A stretch of DNA of 64,000 nt from the IMG/VR virus record IMGVR_UViG_3300021255_001460, positions 1-64,000 of that record; one strand, written 5' to 3'. Below, piece by piece: positions 49,340-60,700 of this stretch (positions are counted from its first letter, which is position 1; every line of letters begins with the position of its first letter). A program made the position numbers and the translations under genes. Under the pieces are notes generated by a model. It saw only the letters and a list, made by a program, of their open reading frames with translations, made no database searches and had not been told where the DNA came from. The stretch comes from a virus (Duplodnaviria > Caudoviricetes).

Positions 49340-52300
49340 TCACATAATACCTGATGTTTGATAGTCTGGTAGTGCTTCCAGTCGTTCCATTCTTGTATTG
49401 ATATAATCCTTTTGCGGTGATTTTACTTCCCAACCAAACCGCATATTGGGTGTACCACATACAATGAAGTAAGCTGGATATCTTTCTTTAACAAAGCACA
49501 TGCCATCGTCATAGGCTTGAATAAAGACTTGATACGCACTTGTACTAATAGTTTCGGCAAATACTGGATCGAGATCAACATATGCGTATCCGTCCGCACC
49601 AATTATTCCCTCGCCAATATCTCCAAACATTGGTGTCGGTGTTTCGTATGCGGACATAGTAACCGCGCCATAATGTTCCGTGGTAAATAATCTATTCTTC
49701 TGTCCACCACCAACTACAGTGAAATAATGGCCTGATGGAATATTCATGGATATATCGCCGTTTTGGTAAAACCGCATGTAACACCCGGCACTCTCTGCAT
49801 CCGGTTCGTCGCTATATCCAAGTTCAAATGCATTTTGGTATCCAGATACACCCTGTAAAAAACCACGATAATAACCACCAGCAATGATGTTAATCGTATT
49901 ATTGAATCCGCATCTGCCATCATTCCAAAAATACATTTGCCCACCACTAGACACAAGAGTCATCGTCATCGTGCCATCGGAACTCCATACACAACTTGAT
50001 GCATTGCCAATCACCATATTCCCGGCATGGTCAATAAAGCATCCGTGGGTTTGGTTTACATTTGAGGAACGAAAAGTCCAACCAGCACTCGTTGGTGGTC
50101 GAAGTACTGTATAACTTGTACTGCCACCAATATTGGAAGCACTATATAAGTTCCCGTATTGATCAATTGTCCAACCGCCAATCTTACCGCCAGTTGCAGT
50201 AATATTACTACACGTAACAGCGCCAGCCGTAGTTACTTGGAAAGCACCATTCCCGATATTAATCGATGCACCACTGATAGACCCACCAGTGACAGTCAGA
50301 TTGCTACAACTCACAGCACCAGCAGTAGATACGGTAAAAGCGCCGCTACCAATATTGATAGATGTACCACTGATCGACCCACCAGTGACAGTAAGGTTTG
50401 TACAAGTAACCTTACCACTCGCAGTTACCCTGAATGGCGCTGATGCAAGTGTCGAACTACCAGCATAAATAACAACATTGTCACCAGTCACACCAGAGCG
50501 CAACCCAACACGGGAAGCACCAGTGCCGCTATATAACGTATCTGTTCCGATTGTCCAACCAGCAATACTGCCGCCATTCTTTGCGGTCATATAGCCGTTT
50601 TGGTCAATCGAGAAACCGTTGTTAATTGTGGTATGACCAATCAAGCTGATCTTGGATGCATTAATGGTCGCACCTTCGGTTGACACATTGATCGCATTGA
50701 TTACGCCGTTCTGATCAACCTTTGCCGACCACGAAGATGCGTTCTGTTCAACTGTGGTCTTTACGCCGCTATAAGTATTGTTGACGGTTTGCATGATCGA
50801 CTCTGGCATCAGCCTAATAGTAGTCTGCATCCCAGTGATCGTGCTGTTCGCCGACAGGTCAATGCTTTGCCCCACACCAGCCGCCAGATGACTTGCGGTA
50901 ATTGTTCCAGCTTCAATTCGCGCCGCAGAAAGATAACCAGTGATTATCTCGTCGGCACTAAAGCCTCGTCCTGCACATGATTCCATTATTACTAATGGCG
51001 TAGACTATCTCTTAATCCACTTGGGATTCAGTGCGCTTCGACTGGTAACTCATCTTCCAGCCTACATAATAGTCGTTACACCTTCCGCTTTGTTGCGGCT
51101 TGGCACGGTATTATCCACGAAGGACTTCACCGTTAGCAACTTACGTCACACCCCTGAGTAATAGGGTTCACACTGTTTAACCAATATGTCGCCACATTGG
51201 TGGGCCTGAACGTTGACCCAAATGTTCTCCAGTTCCAATTACCGTTTTCATCTTTGCCGTTCGCGATCATAAATCCGTCGCCGCACAACATCATCGCGGC
51301 CTCATCGTTTGCCTCGACAAACATCATGTTTCCGTTGTCGTCCGTATACCATGAAGATCTGGACGACATGAACTGATGCTTCAGCACATCGATAGTTCCT
51401 TCGAGCCGCTCAGTAAATATCGAGCCATCCATATTGATAATGTTTGTGCGGTTATAAATGTCTGCTCTTGATTGCAGTTCGCTTGTTACTTCGCTGATGC
51501 GTTGCAGTACAGATCCAAGATCCTTGCCGCTCAACGAAATATCTTCATCCGTGATCTCGATCTTGTCATCCCACGGGTGATCCATATACCGTGTAATCTT
51601 CTTGACATACAACAGTGCATTTACGTTCAGGATTGCATCGTAAACTCGCACCTCTGTATTAATCTCAAAGTCATAGATGTCGCGCCCCAATACCTGTGCC
51701 ATGTTTGTGCGGGTCACAGAGTAAGTCACAACTGGGCGGCTCATGCGTTCCATTACATTCTGGGCATCAGCATACAGGGCGGCTTCCTGACCGACAATGT
51801 AGTTCGGATTGTTCCACTTGCCATCCTTAATCAGGTCGCCCAGAGAAGAATGCATGAAGGTAGACTCCGCATCAATCTGCTGTTGCTGAATGTTCGCCAC
51901 CGCAAGCGAATTTTTATACACGGTGTAAGCCAGATCAGCCGCACGATACATGATAACTTTCAGGCCAAGTTCCTTTTCGGTTGTACTTCCCCAGCCGTCA
52001 TAGATCTTATTGATCTCGGTCTGAATCTCGGCTATCTGTGCGCGGTATGTGGCTTTCTTTTCCTCACTCGCTGTTGCCGCAATCATTCGGTTCAGCGACT
52101 TGATGCTCTCCTGCTTTGCCGCAATCGAAGCTTCCATCGAGCCAACCCAGCCAGCCGATGTACCAGTACCAGACTTCGACAGGGTGGCGTATTTCACCGC
52201 ATACTTGTCAGTGCTGTTAAAAGTGATAGCGCCGCCAGCACCTACGGTTACCGCACGATAAACCTTGTTCGGGCCAACTACGATAACATAGTCGCCCTCG

Positions 52301-53340
52301 AGCAATCTCTGCTTATCGACTGCTACTTCGCCGCCAATAAACTGGTCAACGATTTGCCCATTCTGAAGCACAAACTCAACATAGTTGTATTGACCCCAGT
52401 ATGTGTTTAGCTTGTTTGAGTTGGTGTTATATGTTGCAGTTGCGGCCTTAATCTGCTGGTTGAGCGAGATCCGCGAGTTAATATAGTTGTCGTAAATTAC
52501 CTGATGTTCCGCAGTGAATAAGCCGATCTCTTTATAGTAGTCGAAGTTCATGAGGAAGTTCAGCCCAGTCGGGTTCACTTCATCAATTCCGACATACCCA
52601 TCGTCGCCATACTCGCCCTCAACATACAGGCGGGTAATGATATCTTCCGTATTGTACGAAACAGTCAGTGCGGTCAGGTCGCGCCCAATAGCCATCTCAC
52701 GAAGATCGTTGCGGTTCTCCATACACTTGAAGGCAACAGTCTTCTTGTCGGTGTCCGCGATCAGATAACCATTGAACAGTTCGCACAGGGTTACCAGTAA
52801 CTTGTACGCCCCAACGCCGCCACTCATATCCAAGCTTCGGATCTTTTCGGTTGTGCCGTCAGCTTCGTAGAATGTATCGGTTTTGGTAGTGTCCAGCGTC
52901 CACCCAGTTCCGTTAAGAATATCGGTGGCGAGATTCGGCAGTGTATCAATACCAGTTTCGTCGCCGTCATATTCTTTGTAGATCTGCTTGGTTCGCAACT
53001 GAGAGAGTAAAGTGGTACAGGTAACAGACTCGCTGATCGCCTTATCACTTCGCGTCTTCTTTGGGATGTGAATGATGAACCATACGTTGCGGTCACGTTC
53101 AGTAAGCCGCACCAAGTATTCATTCACCACAAAATCCCAGCGATGGTTGCGCGATCCATCTGGTAACCTGTACGGCATGTCAAACCTTAATGTTTCCCAA
53201 GCTTCGTAGTCGGATGTGTATTCGATGTTGTACGCTTGTCCGGGCGACTGTACTTCGGAATCGTAGAGGTCGCACACTTTCTCGCGGTTAAGGTTGAATA
53301 TGCTTAATGTACACTTTGGATATTCGTTTAGTTGTGCCAC
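49340..53340 (-). CDS. tail protein (Tal/endopeptidase-tail type), split by a group I intron (exons 53340-51216 and 50973-49340, 1252 aa)
   Basis: TRLYVEG; DENGNWNWRTFGS|GRGFSADEIITG restored on splicing; C-terminal ETPTPMFGDIGEG. Confidence 0.85.
50974..51215 (-). ncRNA. group I intron without ORF (242 nt) in the tail protein gene
   Basis: P1 UGGGU/GCCCA with U.G; R GTAACGACTA (51070-79); S AAGAGATAGTCTA (51001-13); P9 CCATTA-GTAA-TAATGG; P9.0 AC/GT; omega-G at 50974. Confidence 0.88.
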
Positions 53341-53352
53341 TTGCCCACCCCC

Positions 53353-54423
53353 TTACCGCATCAGGCCATCAAAGGTGATGGTAAGTTTGGACAAGCTGGC
53401 ATTTCCAGATCCGCTCTGCCCGGTAATGTTCTGCGTAGACACAATGAGTTCATTCATCTTGCCGACCAGACAAACATCGCCCTTAGTTGCTGGCATGTTC
53501 GCGTTGATTGTACAAGAGCCGCCATCATCAGCTACCGCCAGAATCTTTCGCCAAGCGCCCTGTACGTAAATGTAACTGCCTACATCTTCTGGGAAAAACT
53601 TCGCGGTTGTTTTCAGCAAAGCAGATCCTTGAGCGCAGATCACATAAATGTCGCGCCTGTACGGGAAGCAAGGCTCAAGATTGATGTACCCTTTGTCGTG
53701 GTATGCAAACGCATAGTTCGAGCCAACCGTGATCTTCTGGTACTTACTGTCGATGACCAGATCCTGACCAGAGGGCAACCCGACAATTTCGCACGTATCA
53801 TTGTTGGCGCTGTTTACGATCACAAGTTTACGGCCTGTCGGAATTGTTCCGCGCACAGTAATGGTCGCCGGGGTTGGCTCAGTGCCGGGATTCCACACAA
53901 GCTTTGTACCCATTGCAGTTGACACGGCTGGGATCATGGAGTGGCGAAGTATGCCGCAAAAAGATTCGATGCGGTACTCGTCTACCTCGTTGTCAGTGAG
54001 TTCCAACGTGTTCATTGTGCCGAATGGATAATACGCCGTCAGGTTGAGCGTGATTGTGCCGCTATACACTGTGAGCAGATTACGGTTCGTGTGTTCCTGA
54101 TAGCGGTCGCCAGTGGGCAGTTTGCTAGGCCGCACCATGTAGGTGATCCAAGGGCGCTCGTCAAAAACCAGTTCGCCCAGTACGCCAACGTGAACCCACT
54201 GGTAAATCTTGTCAAGCTGTGCATCGGTCAGGTCTTCAAAGTAGCAGTACAAGCTGAAGTCCTTTTGCTGAACGGTCGCCCCATTATAATAAGCGCCGGG
54301 AAAGTTTGTTACTGTTGCTGTGTTCACTTTGTACGGTGTGCCAGCATCCAGCAATGTCTTGGAATTGGGTATATAGGTCTATCCCATCTCGGTACAGTGG
54401 ATGCCGCGAAAAGTAAACCCCAT
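53353..54423 (-). CDS. distal tail protein (Dit-like), 356 aa, in-frame TAG at codon 15 (54379-81)
   Basis: MGFTFRGIHCTEMG*TYIP; GELVFDERP..Y; L.AYYPF; N.GT.P; follows the tape measure. Confidence 0.78.
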
Positions 54424-54444
54424 CACATCCGCTTTCAATGGTCA

Positions 54445-54705
54445 TCACCGCCTGTTGGTATTTAAATTAATGCCCTCAATTTCTGCGCGGCGCTCCAGAA
54501 TTCCAAGCAGGTCATCCATCACGCTCAACTGATACTCCAGCAAATTGTAAGGGCAGTTTGGTTCAAAGTTCAGTTCGTTGCGACGGTGTCGATTCAATAT
54601 CACTTTCATCTTGTCGGCACGTATCCGCAACTGCCAGTATTCCGCACGAAATCGATCACGATAATCATCAGATAACATCAAATCCACAGTGTCTTGTAAT
54701 TTCAT
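54445..54705 (-). CDS. small protein of the crAss001_48-like family
   Basis: MKLQDTVDLMLSDDYRDRFRAEY.QL..R..K...CP..LL..QL..M..L..IL..RAEIEGI. Confidence 0.7.
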   Translation of the reverse strand: MKLQDTVDLMLSDDYRDRFRAEYWQLRIRADKMKVILNRHRRNELNFEPNCPYNLLEYQLSVMDDLLGILERRAEIEGINLNTNRR

Positions 54706-54730
54706 GACGCTTCGCTCCTTTTGCCTCAAT

Positions 54731-54762
54731 AAAAAGGGAGAGGCGCGAAGACCCCTCCCTTT
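54731..54762 (-). terminator. intrinsic terminator after the tape measure gene
   Basis: AAAGGGAGGGG...CCTCTCCCTTTTT on -. Confidence 0.75.
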
Positions 54763-54779
54763 ATATAATATCAAATAAA

Positions 54780-57700
54780 TCAGTTGAATCTGATGCCGCC
54801 AACAGACATTCCCTTCGACATATCTGCCACAATGGAATCCTTGACACGGGTGGCAACTTCTTCAAAGTCCGCATCATCATTCAGGGTGTCAACCTGTACG
54901 ATAATGTCGCCCACATTAATTGTGTTCGCCGTAGTGTTTGTGCCAGCCAGACCGCCAAAGGAAGGAAGCTGGAAGTGCATCATGCCGATGGTGTCGAGCA
55001 TATCGTTCAGCGCCTTCAAGCTGTTGGAGCGGTCGGCGTTGATCAGCAGTCGAGTCAGTTCCGCATCGTTGATACTTTCCGGGTTCGTCTTTGTGCCGTC
55101 GAGCCAAGCATAACCTGTGCGGTCAATCAAGCCGCCAGATGCATAAGCACGATGTGTATTACCCATTGCACGAGCCGCCACAGAAGCAACAGCCGACACA
55201 ATGTTTGTGCTTGTGCGTTCAACCGCTTGATTTACCATATTACTAAGCCACCCGCCACCGGAACTCCCGGACGAATTTGCGTTGTTGGAATTTGTAAACC
55301 GCGAGAATGCTGTACTAACTGTTTCTGGATTCGCTTGGTTAACTGTCCGGCTAATACTACTCAGGAAGCCACCGCTACCAGAACTACCAGACACAGGCGT
55401 TGTGTTAACACGATCCTGCGTCTTTCTCGGAATATTATAAGCACGAACATAGTCAGCAGAAACAACACCGCCACCGGGCAGATTCTTGTTACGCCAATTC
55501 ACACATTCGGTCTGACTTGCTGGGCCATAATACCAATACTTGTCATCCACAACATAGAATTGCCCATTGCTATCAGCAAGCATAAACAGGTCGCTACCCT
55601 GTCCAAGATGGTTAATTGTTCCAGAACGGATAGGCACTTGAGAAGTTGTCGGTTGTCCATTGCCTCCAGATCCTCCTCTGCCTCCACCGCCGCCAGATCC
55701 ACCAGTCGCAGATGCCGCCGCCGCACTAGCAGAAGCCGCCGCAGACTGTACCTGACTCAATGCCTGAAGCGCGGTATTGGTGAATTCCATCAACTGCTCT
55801 GTTGGGAACATATCGATGTATGCTCTTCTCAGATTCTCAATAGCATCCTGCCAGCCCTGTGTCATCAGTTTCTGTGCATAGCTATTGGCTTCAAGGAACT
55901 CCTGACTGTTCTCCTGTAGGAACTGTATGATGTAGTCGCCGCCCTTGGAGATGATCTCTTCAACCTCATCCCAGTTGGTCTTAATGATGCCAAACATTTT
56001 TTCAAGAGTTTCTGTCCAACTATCAGAATACTCTTTCTGCATGTTGGCGGTCGCCTTAATATACTCTTCGTCGTTCGCTTTAAGCCACTCGAGGATTTCG
56101 GTCATAGACATCTTCATGATATTGTTGACTTCTGCCTCAAAGTTCCTCGGATCTTTCAGCAGTTCCTCATAGTAGCTTTCGATGTAATCCGCATAGTCTT
56201 CAAGAGATTCAACCTTTTCTGTGATAGCTTCCTGCTGGGCTTCAACTTCCTGTTCAGCCGCATCCCAAGCGATTTCTTCCTGAAGTTCCGCAATCTCTTT
56301 GGCAATCTTCTGGGCATCTTTGGCGCGGGTCGGGTCAGCAGAAATACGAGCGTACTGTGCCTGTAAGTTGGACAGTCGCATCGCTTTGTCTTCCTGTTCA
56401 GCAAGCTGTTTGCGCTTGTTCAACTGGTTGGTCAGTTCGGAAGACTCTTTGTTCAGCGCCTTGATACGGGTGTTGGTGGTTTCAAGGATCTCGTCGCGCT
56501 CTTTCTCATAACGCTTCATGACCACTTCGAGGATCTTTTCTTCCACCTCACGCGATGCTTCAAACGCTTCTTTCTCGCGTGCTTTCCGGTCTTCGATTGC
56601 CGCATTGATGGTGTCGCGCAGGTCGCTTTCCATCTGCCAGATCTGTTTGCGGTATTCCTTGATAGCCTTTTCGTTGGCCTTGATCTGGGCGGTGTTCTGA
56701 AGAATGGCTTTGTTATAGTCGGCGTACTTCTTTTCAAGTTCGGTCAGGCGCGATGCAACGGAGTCATAAACTTCGCTGTTCGCATCTGTGCTGGCGAGTT
56801 CGGCTTTGGTTTCGTCAATCTTGGATCTCAGCTGATCCATATTGCTCTGGTAAACCTCAGACTGTTTTGCCAGCCACTTGTTTTCTTCGGTCAGAGTATT
56901 GATTACGCCAGTGAGATAACCTTCGTCAGCCCAAGATTTTTCAATAATGCCAAGTCGGTCGAGCAGATCTTTAATGGCATCGATCTCATTGTCGATACTA
57001 TCAAGAAAGAGTTTTTGTCTCCTACTTGCGGCTTCTTCGGCTTTCTGTGCTTCTTCAGCGGCAATTTCTTCGGCAGTCTTTTTAGTACCACCACCGCCTC
57101 CACCGCCACCTCTCTTGCCAGTGGTTGTCGCTGTTTCGTTATTATTTTTCTTACTACTTGTTGCCGATGCGGCTTTTGCGGCAAGACCTGTTAACCTACT
57201 AGTCGCGCTACCACCACCGCCGCCATTCACAGTCGCAGTCACCAGTCCATTAGCATCAACACCAATCCTCACGCCGTTCAAAGACATAGCCTTGTTCAAC
57301 AGATTGGCAAGCGCAACCTCTGCTTCGGTGGCTGTGGATTTCATTCTGATAAAACCGTTTGTAAACGATGACGGGTCAAATCTTGTGCCAGCCATGTTCA
57401 CCAAAGCCTGTGTTAAGACTTGGATGGATGCTCGGACTTGTTCGGTTTGCCCGTTCAGAATCTGAAGCGCAGTGTCAAGGTTATTTTTGACAGAATCGGC
57501 AGTCATACCAGTTACGGATGCCAGAAGCGAATATGCACTGGTCATTTCCTTGGTATCAGCCCCGGCATTCGCAGTGACATAATCCAAAGCTTCATATGCT
57601 CGTCTTAACTTGTCGGACTGGTCAATCATCTTTGCCATCGCTTCGGTAAATGTACCCTGATCTTCACCAGCCGCACTAAAAGCTGTCGCATACTGTTTGA

Positions 57701-60700
57701 TAATCTGTCCACTTGCACCAAGCTTATTTAAATCCATCTGAGCAATCTGCTTGGCGAATCTTGACAAATCCTCTTCGCCATCTTGTAGTGCCTTACGCAG
57801 ATCTTCGATAAAATCGTCGGTAATAACACCAGCACTCTTCAAAGATTTCTGCGTTGCTTCATCAAGTTCATCATAAGCCTTAATCAACCCACGGGCTTCT
57901 TCTGGCGACTTCATGGCTTCAATGATCTGCTGATAAGAATTAATCGCCACACGACCAGAGTTTACCCACTGCTGGTTGACGGTATTGAGCGCAGTACCCA
58001 TACGCTTGGTTGCGTCCTCAACACCCTGACTCATCTGGGTAGATACGGTACTGAAGTCGTAATTGTTAATCTTCTCCTGAAGCTGATCAAGCCACACAAC
58101 CAGCGGATGATCCTCGCCAAGATATTCACGCATCATATCAATCGACTCGAGCCATGCGTTCAGCTTTTCGATAAGCATCGTATAAATGCCATCGAGATTA
58201 CCTTCAACATCTTCGGTATCGATTTTAAATTCAGATGCAAGAAGTTTTTGCGCTTCCTGTAATTCCTTGGCAGAAGCAATACCATCGCCCTGTGCTTCTG
58301 AAATCAGTTTCCATGCATCGTACAATCTTCCAAGTTTTGCCGCCCCAGCTTCCGCATCCATTTGTAGCGGCACAAAACTTCCAATCTCATCGTTGCGGTG
58401 TTCAAAGAGTGCATATAATTCATCGACAAATTCGCCAGCATCATTTAGTGCCTCGGCCTCTGCATTATGAACATCAGCTATGGCGGTCGAGAAATCTGTC
58501 GCGCCCTGTACCCAAAGCACCTGAAGCTTACGGATAAAATCTTCGGTCAATCCGGTCGCGCTCAAGAAGGTTTTCTGCTGTTCTTTTGTGAAGTTATCAT
58601 AAACTTCAAGCACAGCCGCCACACCTTCACGAGAACCAAGACTTTCAGCAAATTCTCCGAAGAAGTCCACATTTGCCTTACCTGTGGTATTGTTCGCGGT
58701 TGCCGTCATCAGAGTGGAAAGGTTATTCAGACCGCCGTAATTCTGCGACTGAGTTTTAACCGCATCACCAAATGATATGCCAGCCAGTTCCTCGAATTGG
58801 TCGATCAGTACTTGTAGATCTCCAAGTGTTGCGCTATCTGGGGCAATCGAGTTAACTATTTCTGAGAATTCGGTTAGCTTTTCTTTTGCTCCATCAACCT
58901 TCAGACCAATCAAGCCAAAGACTTCATCAAGATGCTGTTCCACATATTCCTTATCCAGCCCAAGAGCATCGGCAATTGTTTTGTACCTTGCCTCGTCCGC
59001 TTCCTTATTTGCAAGATGATCTGGCGCGGTGAGTTCCTGATATGCCTTTGCCGCCTCAATGATCTTATTGTAGTCCTGACGGATTTTTTCAAATGCCGCC
59101 GTATACTCTACTTCCTTCTTCGGGTCGAGACTCAGCGTAAAGGCTTCGGCAAGAGACTTATTATCAGAACCCATCTTACCATACAGTTCGAGGCGGTACT
59201 CATTCATCTGCTTGATGAACTCGTCAAAGTTTACTTCGCCATGTTTGAAAGAAACTTCCAGCCCCTTGATCCAGTCATCCGTAATACCAGTCATGGACTT
59301 GAATGTCTTGAGTGTTTCTTCATCCATTGAGCCAAAAGCACGAATCAAAGCCTCCGCGCCAGAACGATCCTGTAATGCTTCGTTCATGATACGCCATGCA
59401 TCTTCGACATCTTCGGTATCAACCGCAAACTTATCAGTGAAGACATTCAGGTAGCTAAGAATCTCGCTTGTCTGATCCTGAAGTTCTGCGTTGTGTTTTT
59501 CTGCGATAGTGTAGAACTCTGCATTATCCAGCAGATCATTCATGTCGTCGATAAACTCAGCCACAAGACTGTTTTGATCGTAATCTTCAGAGGCAGTAAA
59601 TGCATCGTTCAGTGCTTCGACAGAATCAACAGTCTGATTATACTTCGCAACCAAGACATCCAGCGCTGGTTCAAGGTTGTTCTTGAGATTATCCGCATCA
59701 AGTCCGGTAACAGTAGATAGTGTCTTATAAGCTTCTTCAAGTTCGCTACCAGACAAAGCATCTTCCTTGATATTCTTGTATGCTTCCCATGCCTTAACCA
59801 GTGTGGCAAAATCAGCTTTCTGACCTTCCATCAATGGATACAATTCAATGATATTCTGGTTGCCGCCAATAGTATCACGATTATCAAAGATGTCGCTATA
59901 GCCTTTGAGGATGTCGCCACTCTTGGCACGAGCCGCCAGAGATTTTGCAGGACTTGCTTCCTCGTCCGGGTTCGCACCGTCAATCGCGCCTTCGCCATCC
60001 TGCACTGCTTTATCGACAATATCGGCAACCTTCGCCACAGCAATCCCGTAGATCTCGCTATAGTCCTGTGCGATCCGATTGTATTCATCGACATCTGCCT
60101 GAGTTGCTCCTTCGGCAGTGGCTTTCTTGTAAGCTTCGTCAACCATCTGCCAACGGTCACGCTGGAGATATCCTGCATCAGCATATGCGTTCTGGGCATT
60201 CTGGCTGATCTGCGTAACAGCATCAATTGCCTGTCGCGCCCTTGCTTTCAGGCCGCTGTCAAGTGTGTAATCAAATCCATCAATTACGCTCTGATACTGC
60301 TGTTTGTATCCTTCTGCCAACCACTGTGGAACGTTATCCAGATCAAGGAAGTTGCTGAATATATCACGCACTTGGCCTTTCAGATCTTCCTTCTGCCGCT
60401 CCAGATTAGCAAGGTCAGATACGGTCTGCATGTATTCTTCTTGAGCATAAGAGATATTGCTGTTATTCCAATAGTCCTGATTGTTGATGGCTTCATGATG
60501 TGCATTATCTTTAATCCACTGATCAAATGTGCCGCCATAATTGAAAGCCATATTGCCGCTTGTCCAAAGATCATACTCCTTAAAGATCTTGGAGAAAGCG
60601 TCAATATCAGTACCTCTCCTGAACCGTTCAAGAATATCCTCGCCGTATGCTTCCTGTAGTGCCGCCGCATAGTTATCGACGAACTGATTCATGTCGGTAT

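Noticed and set aside
11277-60226. Long antisense ORFs (e.g. 11277..12290, 19409..20122, 51472..52410, 54975..55919)
   Set aside because: They lie opposite well-supported genes, lack RBSs and recognisable motifs, and are consistent with shadow frames
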